This document shows, one piece after another, positions 1 through 9,658 of a stretch of DNA of 64,000 nucleotides. A model generated the notes under the pieces. It was not told the DNA's origin, searched no databases, and saw only the letters and a program-made list of their open reading frames with translations. The position numbers and the translations under genes were made by a program. Numbering within the stretch: the stretch's first letter is position 1; each line of letters starts with the position of its first letter. The stretch is from Opitutaceae bacterium. Lineage in GTDB: Bacteria; Verrucomicrobiota; Verrucomicrobiia; Opitutales; Opitutaceae. The stretch covers positions 5,540 through 69,539 of the forward strand of contig JAHFTD010000003.1 in the NCBI GenBank assembly GCA_023269565.1, read 5' to 3'.

Positions 1-215
1 GGATTTACCCCCCGAATTCCTTGCCTACAGCATCAAGGCGATGAACGACTACCGGCTTGTCTCGGGCGATCCAACCAAAGGTGAGTTTGCGGGCCAGCTC
101 ACCGCCGCTCGTCTCCGGAAGCAGATCGACCTGCTCCAGGAAGTTGGTGTCCTCGACCGCAAGGTCGCCGTCGGCGATGTTGCCTCCTTTGAATTCATTC
201 CAAAAAACTGACCCC

Positions 216-677
216 ATGACCATCGAAGCCAAATTCGCCGAACTCGGCCTCCAGCTCCCCAATCCGCCCGCCGTCGCGGGTTCCTACGTCCCGTGGGTCC
301 GCACGGGTAACCTGCTCTATCTCGCGGGCACCATCAGCTCGTTCAACGGGCAGATGACGCATGTCGGCCAGGTCGGCAAGGAACAGACCGTCGAGGCCGC
401 CTACGAATCCGCGAAGATCTGCGCGCTCAATACGCTCGCCAACCTCAAGGCCGCCACCGGCAGTCTCGACAGCGTGAAGCAGTTCGTGCTCGTCACCGGC
501 TTCGTCAACGCCGTCAGCGGCTTCACCGACAGCCCGGCGTGCATCAACGGCGCCTCGGAGCTGTTCGGCAAGCTTTACGGCGACGCCGGCAAGCACGCTC
601 GTGCTGCCGTCGCCGCAGCCGGTCTGCCCAAGGGCTCGACCGTCGAGATCCAGGTCATCGTCGAGCTGAAGAGCTAA
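216..677 (+). CDS. RidA/YjgF-family protein (153 aa)
   Basis: ORF 57..677 trimmed to the ATG at 216 (MTIEAKFAELGLQLP). YjgF/RidA-like core is present (GNLLYLAGTIS, KHARAAVAAAGLPKGSTVEIQVIVE). Third-position GC is very high from 216 onward. Confidence 0.8.
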   Translation: MTIEAKFAELGLQLPNPPAVAGSYVPWVRTGNLLYLAGTISSFNGQMTHVGQVGKEQTVEAAYESAKICALNTLANLKAATGSLDSVKQFVLVTGFVNAVSGFTDSPACINGASELFGKLYGDAGKHARAAVAAAGLPKGSTVEIQVIVELKS

Positions 678-681
678 AACG

Positions 682-706
682 CGCCCTTGCGGTAAACGCG
701 AAGGCG
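682..706. terminator. candidate bidirectional hairpin between convergent ridA-like and argA-like genes
   Basis: cgcccttgcg-gtaaa-cgcgaaggcg forms a 10-bp stem with one mismatch and one G-U, and a 5-nt loop. It sits between the two stop codons. There is no clear U-tract. Confidence 0.3.
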
Positions 707-2005
707 TCAGAGTTTCTTCAGCAGGATCTTCGAGTTGCGGCCGCTGTCATCGTAAGCTTTCAGCCGCGTCTCGGGCAGCACGTCCTTTTCGGCCTCGGCA
801 AAGGCGCAGACGGAGGTGAAGAAGCTGAATGACTGCGTCGAGAGCGCGATGACGGTTGTCGCGCCGCCTTCCTGCGCCTTGAGGCAGGCGTAGTCGACCA
901 TCTTCCGCCCGATACCGCGATGGCTGTAGAACGGCATCACGTAGAGCGAGCCGACCTCGGCGAGGCCGGGTTGCTCGGCGAAGAAATTTACGGACACGGA
1001 CGCGATGAGGTTCTCATCAATTTCGAAGACATAGAACTGGTCGATATTCTTCTCGATGGCTTGCAGCGTGCGGTAAAGCAGCTCCTCGCGTTTCACGGCG
1101 GAGCGGATGAGGTTATAGATGGAGCGGGCGTCGCGGCGCGTGGCCTTGCGGATCTGCTGGTATTCGTTGCCGTGGACAAGCGTGCCGACGCCCTCATTGG
1201 AGAAAATCTCGGTGAGCAGGCCGTCCAGCAGGCGGCCGTCGAGCAGGTGGACACGCGGCGTGCCGGTCTCGATGGCCTTGACGGCGTGCGCGGCCTTGGA
1301 GCGCATCGGTTCGTTGATGGAGTCGGGCCGCTTCGCGAGCACCTCACGCAGGGTGTCGACTGATATCTGGTGCTGGAATTTGCCGGCGATGGTCAGGCCC
1401 TCGTGCGGAGTGAAGAAAATGATCTTGGTGGCCCGCAGCGTCTCGGCCAGTTCGGCGGCCAGCAGATCGGAGTTGACGCGCAGCGGGCGGCCGTCGCGGT
1501 CGTAGGCAATGGGATTGACAACGGGGACGACGCCCGAAGCGATAAGTTGGAGAAGAAATTCCTTGTCGATGCGGTCGACCTTGCCGGTGAACTGGTGGTC
1601 GATGCCGCGGAGGATGCCCAGCGGCGCGGCGCGCACGGCGTTGGTCAGTGCAGCCTTGAGGTTGTTCTGGGTGAGGTCTTCGAGGACGAGGTGCGTGACG
1701 CGGCCGGCGGCGCGCACAGCGAGGTCAAGCGTGGGGGCATCGGTCACGCCGGTGCCGGCCGAGTCGGTGATGGCGACGTGGCGTGACTTGGCCAGCTCCT
1801 CGATCTGGCGGCCGATGCCGTGGACGATGACAACCTTGATGCCCAGCGAGCGGAGCACCGCGACATCCGTGATGATGTTTTGAAAGTTCTCGTCTGAGAC
1901 GATGCTGCCGTCCAGAGCGATCACGAAGATCTGGTCCTGAAAACGCGGGACGTATTTCAGGATGCCGCGGAGATCGGTGGGCTTGATGTCGGCGCCGTTG
2001 CTCAT
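707..2005 (-). CDS. argA: amino-acid N-acetyltransferase (N-acetylglutamate synthase-like)
   Basis: 432 aa. N-terminal amino-acid-kinase fold (IFVIALDGSIV, KVVIVHGIG) and C-terminal GNAT acetyltransferase (LYVMPFYSHRGIGRKMVDYA). Confidence 0.8.
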   Translation of the reverse strand: MSNGADIKPTDLRGILKYVPRFQDQIFVIALDGSIVSDENFQNIITDVAVLRSLGIKVVIVHGIGRQIEELAKSRHVAITDSAGTGVTDAPTLDLAVRAAGRVTHLVLEDLTQNNLKAALTNAVRAAPLGILRGIDHQFTGKVDRIDKEFLLQLIASGVVPVVNPIAYDRDGRPLRVNSDLLAAELAETLRATKIIFFTPHEGLTIAGKFQHQISVDTLREVLAKRPDSINEPMRSKAAHAVKAIETGTPRVHLLDGRLLDGLLTEIFSNEGVGTLVHGNEYQQIRKATRRDARSIYNLIRSAVKREELLYRTLQAIEKNIDQFYVFEIDENLIASVSVNFFAEQPGLAEVGSLYVMPFYSHRGIGRKMVDYACLKAQEGGATTVIALSTQSFSFFTSVCAFAEAEKDVLPETRLKAYDDSGRNSKILLKKL

Positions 2006-2063
2006 GGCTGGGGATGGATTACATCAGGCATTGCGCCGTGCGCGTCAATGCGTTGTTGCGCAT

Positions 2064-2687
2064 TCAACGGACATCAAAACTCCACATGGCCGCGGGGCCA
2101 TGCGCGACGAGGCGCACCCGGTAGCGGCCGGGGGGCAAGCTCTGCGTCGGGAAACCAACCCAGTAGATGGAATCCTTCCAGCGGCTCAGGAGGTCATGGC
2201 CCGGCAAGGGTTCGGTCGAGGAGATGAGAACGAGCACGCTGCCTTTACGGTAAAGAGTCACATCCGCGAGCTCATATCTCTGGTCGGCGAGGTTGGCGGT
2301 GTAATAAATAGCATACTCTGCTCCGCGCGCAACCAGGGCAGGTGCTATCACGCGGTCGATGGAGGCGAGCAGACGGGGCCTTTCGGCAAAGATGTCGTCA
2401 AGTTCGAGGCCGAGTCCCGGACCGCCCCGACCGATGCCGGCGGCGGTCTCGACGGCGGGCTTCTCCGCCGGCCTCCGGAGAGCCACGGGCACGCGTTGCC
2501 AGCCGGCGGCGAGCAATCGGGCAACGGTCGCGCGGCTGTTCATCTCGGCGGAGGGTTCGTGCGGTTTGCCAGGCTTGCGGTAGAAGAGGTTGACGAAAGT
2601 GTAGGCGACGATGAACACCAAGATCGCGGCCACGACCCATTTCATGGGCCAGGGCTTGGGCGGCGGGCGGGAGGGGAGGGTGTTCAT
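2064..2687 (-). CDS. hypothetical membrane-anchored protein
   Basis: 207 aa. One N-terminal TM helix (WVVAAILVFIVAYTFVNLF). Coding-like GC3. No family recognised. Divergent from proS. Confidence 0.6.
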   Translation of the reverse strand: MNTLPSRPPPKPWPMKWVVAAILVFIVAYTFVNLFYRKPGKPHEPSAEMNSRATVARLLAAGWQRVPVALRRPAEKPAVETAAGIGRGGPGLGLELDDIFAERPRLLASIDRVIAPALVARGAEYAIYYTANLADQRYELADVTLYRKGSVLVLISSTEPLPGHDLLSRWKDSIYWVGFPTQSLPPGRYRVRLVAHGPAAMWSFDVR

Positions 2688-2770
2688 TTTGCGCAGTTAT
2701 CGGGGGTGCGGGAGGTGGAGCGCAAATACATTTGCGCCGCCGCGGCGGAGTTGTTCTCGTGCGGACGCAC

Positions 2771-4549
2771 ATGAAGTTTTGGTCGCAGACATTCATTCCC
2801 ACCCTCAAGGAAACGCCCGCCGACGCCGAGATCGCCTCGCACCAGCTGCTGCTGCGCGCCGGACTCGTGCGCAAGCTCGGCGGCGGCCTCTACACCTACA
2901 TGCCAGCCGGGCTGCGGGTCATTCAGAAGATCTCGCAGATCTGCCGCGAGGAGATGGAACGCGAGGGCGGCATCGAGCTCGCCCTGCCGCACATCCATCC
3001 CGTGGGAAACTGGCAGCAGGGCCCGCGCTGGGCGGCCGCGCGGGAGATCATGTATCGCGCCGACAGCGCCGGCGACGGCAAGCGCCCGCCGCGCGAGCCG
3101 GAGTTCGTGCTCGGACCGACGCACGAGGAGGTCATCACTCCCCTCGTCAAGCACGAGATCACCAGCTACCGCGACCTGCCGAAGAATTTTTACCAGATCA
3201 CGACCAAGTTCCGGAACGAGATCCGTCCGCGCTTCGGCCTGATGCGCGCCCGGGAGTTCATCATGAAGGACGCCTACAGTTTTGACGCGACTGACCAAGA
3301 CGCGATGTTAAGTTATCACAAGATGGCGAAGGCCTACACGGCGTTCTTCACGCGCTGTGGCCTCAAGACCATTTCAGTCGAGGCCGATACGGGCGTAATG
3401 GGCGGCAATTTCTCCCATGAATTCATGGTGCCCGCCCCAGTGGGGGACGACGATGTAGTGTATTGTGAAAAATGCGGCTATGCGGCCAATCGGCAGAAGG
3501 CAACTAGTGCGCTCGGGGCGGAAGGAATTCCCGACCCGGGTCAGGGAAAGATTGAGGAATTTGCCACGCCCGGCGTCCTCACCATCGCTGCGCTTGAGGC
3601 ACCGCCCTATGGCGTCGCGGCCGACAAACAATTCAAGACGCTGGTCTACATGGGCGATGGCCGGCCGTTTCTGGTCGTCCTGCGCGGTTGCGACGACCTC
3701 GAGGAGGCCAAGCTCGGCGCGCTCGGCTTCCAGCTCTGGCGTGCTGCTACGCCCGAAGAGATCGAGCCGGTCATGGGCGCGAAGCCCGGCAGTCTCGGCA
3801 CGGTCAAGGGCACCATCAAGAACTCTGGCGCGCTCGCGGGCATTTTTGCCGACGACACAATCCGACTTGTCGGCCATGGCACGACCGGTGCCAACAAAGA
3901 CGGGTTTCATCTTCGAGATGTGACATGGCGAGATTTGCAGATTTCGCAGTGGGGCGATTACCGTCGCGTGAGAGAAGGTGAGCCGTGTCCGCAACAAACT
4001 ATCGGTCATTCTTGTTGCGGGCAGCCTTTAAAAATAGCCCGTGCCATCGAGGTCGGCCATATCTTCAAGCTCGGCACGAAATACTCCGAGATATTCGGCG
4101 CCATGTTCACTGACGATAAGAAGCAGTCGCACCCGATGGTGATGGGCTGCTACGGCATCGGCATCAGCCGCACCATGCAGGCAGTCGTGGAGCAGTCCAA
4201 CGATGCCGACGGTATCATCTGGCCCTGGAGCGTTGCCCCATGGCAGGTGCTGGTGGTCAATCTCGACCCGCAGGATTCGGCCGCGAGCGACGTGGCGAAT
4301 AAACTTGCCGCCGCCGCCGAGGCCGCCGGTGCCGACGTGCTGGTAGACGACCGGCCGGAGCGCCCGGGGGTAAAATTTAAGGACGCCGACTTGATCGGCC
4401 TCCCGCTGCGTCTGACCGTGGGTGGCCGGGGCCTGAAGGAAGGTGTCATCGAAATGAAATGGCGGGCTGGTAAGGAAGTCCGCAAAGTGCCGCTAGCGGA
4501 CGCCGAACGCGAGATCACCGCGACGGTCCGCACCGCCGCCGCCCCGTAA
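2771..4549 (+). CDS. proS: proline--tRNA ligase
   Basis: ORF 2732..4549 trimmed to the ATG at 2771 (MKFWSQTFIPTLKETPADAEIASHQLLLRAGLVRK). Typical ProRS N-terminus and class II core (FRNEIRPRFGLMRAREFIMKDAYSF, GCYGIGISR). Confidence 0.93.
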   Translation: MKFWSQTFIPTLKETPADAEIASHQLLLRAGLVRKLGGGLYTYMPAGLRVIQKISQICREEMEREGGIELALPHIHPVGNWQQGPRWAAAREIMYRADSAGDGKRPPREPEFVLGPTHEEVITPLVKHEITSYRDLPKNFYQITTKFRNEIRPRFGLMRAREFIMKDAYSFDATDQDAMLSYHKMAKAYTAFFTRCGLKTISVEADTGVMGGNFSHEFMVPAPVGDDDVVYCEKCGYAANRQKATSALGAEGIPDPGQGKIEEFATPGVLTIAALEAPPYGVAADKQFKTLVYMGDGRPFLVVLRGCDDLEEAKLGALGFQLWRAATPEEIEPVMGAKPGSLGTVKGTIKNSGALAGIFADDTIRLVGHGTTGANKDGFHLRDVTWRDLQISQWGDYRRVREGEPCPQQTIGHSCCGQPLKIARAIEVGHIFKLGTKYSEIFGAMFTDDKKQSHPMVMGCYGIGISRTMQAVVEQSNDADGIIWPWSVAPWQVLVVNLDPQDSAASDVANKLAAAAEAAGADVLVDDRPERPGVKFKDADLIGLPLRLTVGGRGLKEGVIEMKWRAGKEVRKVPLADAEREITATVRTAAAP

Positions 4550-4551
4550 GC

Positions 4552-4851
4552 GTGGCCGCCACCAAGACGCGTCAGACCCCGCATCCCGCCGCGGCCAGCG
4601 AGACCCAACTCGCCGACGTGTGGCGGGTGGTTGTGTTGAACGACCCGGTGAATCTCATGTCGTATGTCGTCATGGTGTTCAAGAAAGTGCTCGGTTTCGA
4701 CGAACAGCGCGCGCGCCGGCACATGCTCGAGGTGCATGAGCAGGGTCGCTCGATGGTCTGGAACGGCGGGCGCGAACAGGCCGAGGCGTATGTTTTCACC
4801 TTGCAGCAATGGCACCTGAGCGCCGTGCTCGAATCCGATGAAGCGTGTTGA
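4552..4851 (+). CDS. clpS: ATP-dependent Clp protease adaptor ClpS
   Basis: 99 aa. ClpS core VVVLNDPVNLMSYVVMVFKKVLGFDEQRARRHMLEVHEQGRS. GTG start lies 3 nt after the proS stop. Confidence 0.88.
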   Translation: MAATKTRQTPHPAAASETQLADVWRVVVLNDPVNLMSYVVMVFKKVLGFDEQRARRHMLEVHEQGRSMVWNGGREQAEAYVFTLQQWHLSAVLESDEAC

Positions 4852-5296
4852 GGTGAAGCTCAACCTCGAGGCCGTGGCGCCGCTGCTGGACGTGATTAAG
4901 GCTGCGGCGGACGAGCTGCGTCCCGCGCTGGCGGCCAATCCCGACATTCCCGGGCAGGACGCCGAGTTCGCCGGGGTCTGGCAGCGTGAGCTGCTGGAGG
5001 GGCAGAACGACGATCTACAGGTGCTGCTCGGCCTGTTCGGCAGCGATTTCTTCGCCCTCGGCCACATCGCCTTGGAGCGCGGCAACAGCGAGGCTGTCCT
5101 GCGCGCCTGCTCGGCAGTGCGCCTGCAGCTGCGAGCCCGGCATCTGGCCGTGCTGGGGGACGAGGCGCTCGAGTCGGGCGAGGTGCCGTTTGAGCAAATG
5201 ACCGGCGAGCAACAGCGAGCGTTCGGGGCCTATGTATTCCTCGCGACGCTGCAGGAGCTCGTCGTGCAGCATCTCGATCCGACGGCGCAGGATTGA
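4838..5296 (+). CDS. hypothetical acidic protein, translationally overlapping clpS
   Basis: 152 aa. The ATG at 4838 overlaps the clpS 3' end by 14 nt. High GC3. Its position resembles the small uncharacterised partner gene found after clpS in some phyla (resemblance is inference only). Confidence 0.6.
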   Translation: MKRVEVKLNLEAVAPLLDVIKAAADELRPALAANPDIPGQDAEFAGVWQRELLEGQNDDLQVLLGLFGSDFFALGHIALERGNSEAVLRACSAVRLQLRARHLAVLGDEALESGEVPFEQMTGEQQRAFGAYVFLATLQELVVQHLDPTAQD

Positions 5297-5596
5297 AGGC
5301 GCTGCTTTCCCGCGGAAGGCAAGCGGAAAACCAGTGTGCTGGCGTTCGCGTTTGACGGCGCGGCGGCGCGGGGTAGATTCATCCCCGACACCCTGCAGTG
5401 TTCGAGGTGAATCCAATAACCGCTCTTTGCCTTTGTGATCATTTGGGAGCTGCCGACAGCCGTCCGGATGCCAGGCCGTAAACCGGAAGGCAGAAGGGCG
5501 GCGGGCGGCGCCCACCTTAAGCTAAAAAGGACATGAGCCTTTGGGCATACGGCACAGGCGGGGTGTCACCTTCATTTTCCTCAACCCCCCCACCCA

Positions 5597-5944
5597 ATGG
5601 AAAGACTGCCCTACTACCAGCTGCTGCACATCCTGTCGCTCGTCGTGCTGACCGCGCACACCTTCATGGCCCTGGCCAACCCGGCCCCAGAAAATCGCCG
5701 TCGCACGATGATGATCACGGGCATCGCCGCGCTGCTGCTGTTCGTCAGCGGCTTCGGCATGCTGGCACTCAACAAGATTCCCTACGCCTCTGGCTGGGTG
5801 ATTGTGAAACTGTTCTGCTGGCTCGGCCTTGCCGCGCTGGCCGGCGTGGCCTACCGCAAACCCCAGCTGCGCGGCACGCTGAGCCTCGTCGCCCTGCTGC
5901 TCACCGCCGTCGCGATCTTCATGGTGTATTTCCGGCCGTTCTGA
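5597..5944 (+). CDS. small 4-TM membrane protein (possibly SirB2-like)
   Basis: 115 aa with four hydrophobic helices. Lies 16 nt upstream of polB. The family call is tentative. Confidence 0.6.
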   Translation: MERLPYYQLLHILSLVVLTAHTFMALANPAPENRRRTMMITGIAALLLFVSGFGMLALNKIPYASGWVIVKLFCWLGLAALAGVAYRKPQLRGTLSLVALLLTAVAIFMVYFRPF

Positions 5945-5960
5945 GAGGACGTCCGCGGTC

Positions 5961-8132
5961 ATGAGCGAATCCCTGTGCGGCCTCTGGGTCGGCGACGGCG
6001 GAGGGGTGTATGTCGCGACCCGCACGCCGGACGGCGGCCGCACCGAGCGCACCGATACGCTGCGGCCTTTCGCGTGGCTCGGCGAGGCGGGCCCGCATGA
6101 AGGCATCGCCATTGAACGACTGAAGGGAGCGGGAGCCTTCCCGTGGCTCGCCCACGCAAACAATCTTCCGGCTTTCGAGGTATTCTTCAAGAGCGTGCGC
6201 GAAGGCGCGGCGATCGATGTGCTGAAACCCTACGAAAGCCAGTGGCTGATTCAGCGCCGCACCCGGCTTTATGCGGGCATGCCTTTCACCGCGCTGCGCC
6301 GCTGCCAGCTCGACATCGAGACCGGCGCCGAGCAAACAGGCGCCTTCAGCGACGCGCGCAACGCTGGCGACCGCGTGCTCGCCATCGGCCTTCAGTGCGG
6401 CGACCGCCGGGAGCTGCTGGTGCTGGAGGTGGAGACCGATGCCGGTGAAAAACGACTGCTGCTCCGCTTCAACGAGCTGTTCCGCGAACTCGATCCCGAC
6501 GTGGTCGAAGGGCACAATCTCTTCAAGTTCGACCTCGACTACCTCCGCCAGCGCTGCCGGCGCCACCGCGTGGCCTGCGCGTGGGGGCGATTCGGCTTGA
6601 ATGCGGAATTTCGCAACAGCCGGATGAAGGTGGCGGAGCGCATGGTCGATTTTCCCCGGTGCGACATGCCCGGGCGCGCCGTCATCGACACCTACCTGCT
6701 GGTGCAGCTCTACGACATCACCGTGCGCGAGATGACGTCCTACCGCCTGAAGGAGGTCGCGATCTACTTAGGGGTCACGCCAGAGTCGGGTGAGGGACGC
6801 ACCTACATCGATGGTGCACTGATCCAGCAGGAATTCCGAAACGACCGGCCGAAATTCCTGGCCTACTTGACCGACGATCTGCGCGAGACCAAGGGACTGG
6901 CCGACCTGTTACTGCCGACCTATTACGAGCAAGCGAAAACGTTCCCGACCCTGCTGCAGGAGGCGGCGCTGCGTGGCACTGCGGGCAAGATCGACCTGCT
7001 CTTTCTCGAGGAATATTACCACGCGCGGGCCAGCTGCCCGGCGCCCATCGAGGTTTCACCGTTCGAGGGCGGCTTTACTCGTAGTTTCCAAGAGGGGATT
7101 TTCAAACAGGTGCTGCATTTCGACGTAGCCTCGCTCTACCCGAGCCTGCTCCTGCACATGGGACGAAACCCGCGGAGCGACACCCTCGGGGTGTTCATTC
7201 CGCTGCTACGACGGCTGCGTGACTACCGGCTCCAATACAAGCAGCTGGCGCGGACGGCCCCATCCGCACCCGAGCGCGATGAGGCACAAGCCCGGCAGGC
7301 GACCTACAAGATTCTCATCAATTCTTTCTACGGTTACCTCGGATTTTCCGGCGCGCGGTTCGGCGACGGCGAGCTGGCGGCTGAGGTGACCCGCCGCGGG
7401 CGCGAGCTGCTGCTGGCACTCATTGAGGAATTCCAGCGACACAGCTGCATCATCCTCGAGGCCGACACCGACGGCATCTACCTCTCGACGGAACGTTACC
7501 ATGCCGAGCCGGAAAAGCTACTGGCTCTCGCCGCCAAGATCATGCCCGCTGGCATCGAGCTCGAATACGATGGCAGCTACGATGCGATGTTCTGCTACAA
7601 GGCGAAGAATTACGCGCTGGCGTCCGGTGGCCGGATTACGCTCCGCGGCTCAGCGCTGCGTTCGCGCGGCATTGAGCCCTTCTTGAAAAGACTCGGCGAC
7701 CAGCTGATCGCTCACCTACTCGGAGGCTCGGCCGTCTCGCCTCTGGCGCTGCTGCCGGAACTGCGCACCAGGATCGCGTCCGGTGAACTGCCCGTAGCGG
7801 AACTGGCCAAGACTGAGACGCTGAGCCAGAATCCCGATGCCTATGCGCAATGGGTGGCCGGCGGTGGCAAGCCTCGTCGCGCGGCACTCGAGGTGGCACT
7901 GCAGATGCAGCCTCGCCCGCGCATGGGCGAGCGGGTGACATATTACATCGGGCCGAAGACAAAAGGACTGACCAACGACTGGCAGCGGGCGCACCCCATC
8001 GGCCGGTTCGATGCCCGGCAGGCCCCTTACGACTCTCAGCATTATCTGGTAAAAATTGATGATTGGCTGGATCGGTATGGACGTTTCCTCGGTCATGTGG
8101 CACAAGCCAGCCAACAAGAAATGCCACTGTGA
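5961..8132 (+). CDS. polB: family B DNA polymerase (Pol II-like) with 3'-5' exonuclease domain
   Basis: 723 aa. Exo I is LDIET, Exo II is HNLFKFDLDYL, Exo III is YLTDDL. Pol motif A is DVASLYPSLLL, motif B is KILINSFYGYLG, motif C is EADTDGIY, and KxY is KAKNY. Confidence 0.9.
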   Translation: MSESLCGLWVGDGGGVYVATRTPDGGRTERTDTLRPFAWLGEAGPHEGIAIERLKGAGAFPWLAHANNLPAFEVFFKSVREGAAIDVLKPYESQWLIQRRTRLYAGMPFTALRRCQLDIETGAEQTGAFSDARNAGDRVLAIGLQCGDRRELLVLEVETDAGEKRLLLRFNELFRELDPDVVEGHNLFKFDLDYLRQRCRRHRVACAWGRFGLNAEFRNSRMKVAERMVDFPRCDMPGRAVIDTYLLVQLYDITVREMTSYRLKEVAIYLGVTPESGEGRTYIDGALIQQEFRNDRPKFLAYLTDDLRETKGLADLLLPTYYEQAKTFPTLLQEAALRGTAGKIDLLFLEEYYHARASCPAPIEVSPFEGGFTRSFQEGIFKQVLHFDVASLYPSLLLHMGRNPRSDTLGVFIPLLRRLRDYRLQYKQLARTAPSAPERDEAQARQATYKILINSFYGYLGFSGARFGDGELAAEVTRRGRELLLALIEEFQRHSCIILEADTDGIYLSTERYHAEPEKLLALAAKIMPAGIELEYDGSYDAMFCYKAKNYALASGGRITLRGSALRSRGIEPFLKRLGDQLIAHLLGGSAVSPLALLPELRTRIASGELPVAELAKTETLSQNPDAYAQWVAGGGKPRRAALEVALQMQPRPRMGERVTYYIGPKTKGLTNDWQRAHPIGRFDARQAPYDSQHYLVKIDDWLDRYGRFLGHVAQASQQEMPL

Positions 8133-9616
8133 ACATCCGCACCCGAATTTGTCTGATAGTTCTGTTGGTCACGCCGCTGCTGACCTATTGGTCGGCTATT
8201 TTCTCCACCTACGGCATTCGCGATGATTACGCCCACATCCGGGTTGCCCGCGAGGAACCGGGGGAGCTGATCGAGTCGGCTTCGGCGCGCGGCCGCGTGC
8301 TCAACGGCGCACTTCTGGATACTTCCTTTGCAAAAGTCGACACCGTCGACGAACTGGTCTGGCTGAGATCGGGCGGCCTTGGGCTGCTGCTTCTTGCCGG
8401 CTTGGCGACTTGGCGCCAACTGGATAACGCCGGCTGGCAGGAGGTCGATGCCGCAGCTGTCGGACTGGGCGTCATCCTGTTGCCGGCGGCGCAGGTGATC
8501 GTCTCCTGGGCAATCATGTGGCCGTTTGCACTGGCGGTCCTGATGTCGCTGGCCGGATTCGCCGCCGTTGAAAGTGAACTGACAAGGGGCGGGCCCCGCC
8601 GCGTAAGCGGCGTGGTCGGCGCCGGGTTGCTTTATTGCGGCGCGGCTCTGGTCTATCAACCGGGTGCGCTGTTTGCCGTCGTGCTCATCGCCGGCGTGCT
8701 TTTGCTGCGCCCGGTGCGGTTGTGGGAGGAGTCGAAGAAACTCACAGCGCTGCATTTGCTGGTGATGATGGCGGGAATGCTGGCGGCATTTGTCCTCTAC
8801 TACTCGCTCTACACCGGCGGGGTGTTCAGTCACGAGTCGCGGATGCAACTGGAGCACCATCCACTCGACAAACTGGTCTGGTTTTTCTGGAACCCCCTGC
8901 CGAATGCCGTCGCGCTGCTGCCGCTGCGCGATGACTTCCACCAGAGTGAATGGTTGTTCTGGCCGAGCATAGTTGGAGTGGTTGTGCTCCTTGCCGTTGG
9001 CCGGCGGAGCATGATGCAGCTGGAAGGAGAGACGGCGCGGCAACGCTGGCTGATCTGCCTTACGGTGTTGCCCGTTGCCGCCTCGCTGATGAGTCTCGTG
9101 TCCGCCGAGCGGGCGGGCGGCTACCGGGAGCATTATGCGCTGGCGGCACTCGTGTTTCTGCTGCTTGTGGCCGCATGGAGGCAGCTCCAGCTTGCGGGCA
9201 AGGTCAATTCGCTGATGTATTACAGCGGGCTGGGCGCCGTGCTACTGGCGATGGCGCTGCTGGCGGGATATCAGTCCGATACTCTGCTCGCTAAGCCGCA
9301 GGAGCATGAATGGGACTTGATGCGTGGTGCGGTCAGCAAGGCGAATTTTGGGGACGCCACGACCAAAGTCTATGTTATCGAGCCCGCCCGGGCCGACCGG
9401 TCCACGGGACGCCTGTTCGGCGATGAGTTTGGTGCGCTCTCTTCGGCGTCGCCGGTCGTGGCGAAGGAAATGTTTCAGACGGCGCTGCACGAGCGTTATC
9501 CGGGCGGTCTGCCGCATGGGCAGCGCTATGAATTTGCCTCTGGCCCGCAACCGCCGGCGAATAAGGACTACGATCTCGTGATCGACATGCGTGAACTCCG
9601 GCACTGGCGGCGATGA
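8129..9616 (+). CDS. polytopic integral membrane protein (GT-C-like putative glycosyltransferase) with C-terminal soluble domain
   Basis: ORF 8063..9616. The proposed GTG at 8129 forms a GTGA overlap with the polB stop. At least 10 hydrophobic helices. DDY sits in the first loop (YGIRDDYAHI). The start codon and family call are uncertain. Confidence 0.6.
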   Translation: MNIRTRICLIVLLVTPLLTYWSAIFSTYGIRDDYAHIRVAREEPGELIESASARGRVLNGALLDTSFAKVDTVDELVWLRSGGLGLLLLAGLATWRQLDNAGWQEVDAAAVGLGVILLPAAQVIVSWAIMWPFALAVLMSLAGFAAVESELTRGGPRRVSGVVGAGLLYCGAALVYQPGALFAVVLIAGVLLLRPVRLWEESKKLTALHLLVMMAGMLAAFVLYYSLYTGGVFSHESRMQLEHHPLDKLVWFFWNPLPNAVALLPLRDDFHQSEWLFWPSIVGVVVLLAVGRRSMMQLEGETARQRWLICLTVLPVAASLMSLVSAERAGGYREHYALAALVFLLLVAAWRQLQLAGKVNSLMYYSGLGAVLLAMALLAGYQSDTLLAKPQEHEWDLMRGAVSKANFGDATTKVYVIEPARADRSTGRLFGDEFGALSSASPVVAKEMFQTALHERYPGGLPHGQRYEFASGPQPPANKDYDLVIDMRELRHWRR

Positions 9617-9658
9617 GGCCGGTAGGATCAAACTGGCCCAGCTCTGGTCTACTTGCCG

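Noticed and set aside
5-262. Small minus-strand ORF of about 70-85 aa ending in Gly-Gly (..VGKEFGG), superficially like ThiS/MoaD-type sulfur carriers
   Set aside because: Its possible ATG starts (223, 217) abut or overlap the divergent ridA-like start at 216, leaving no promoter space. GC3 is lower than in neighbouring genes. Apart from the terminal GG there is no ubiquitin-fold signature I can support. It remains possible but is not reported as a feature.
5471-5500. CCAGG....CCGGAAGG string resembling the conserved domain IV of SRP (4.5S) RNA, in the 300-bp spacer upstream of the small membrane protein
   Set aside because: The GGAA tetraloop is closed by only two base pairs. The flanking symmetric-loop sequence (AGCA / GGAAGC type) and the long closing helix cannot be formed. 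It is probably a chance match.
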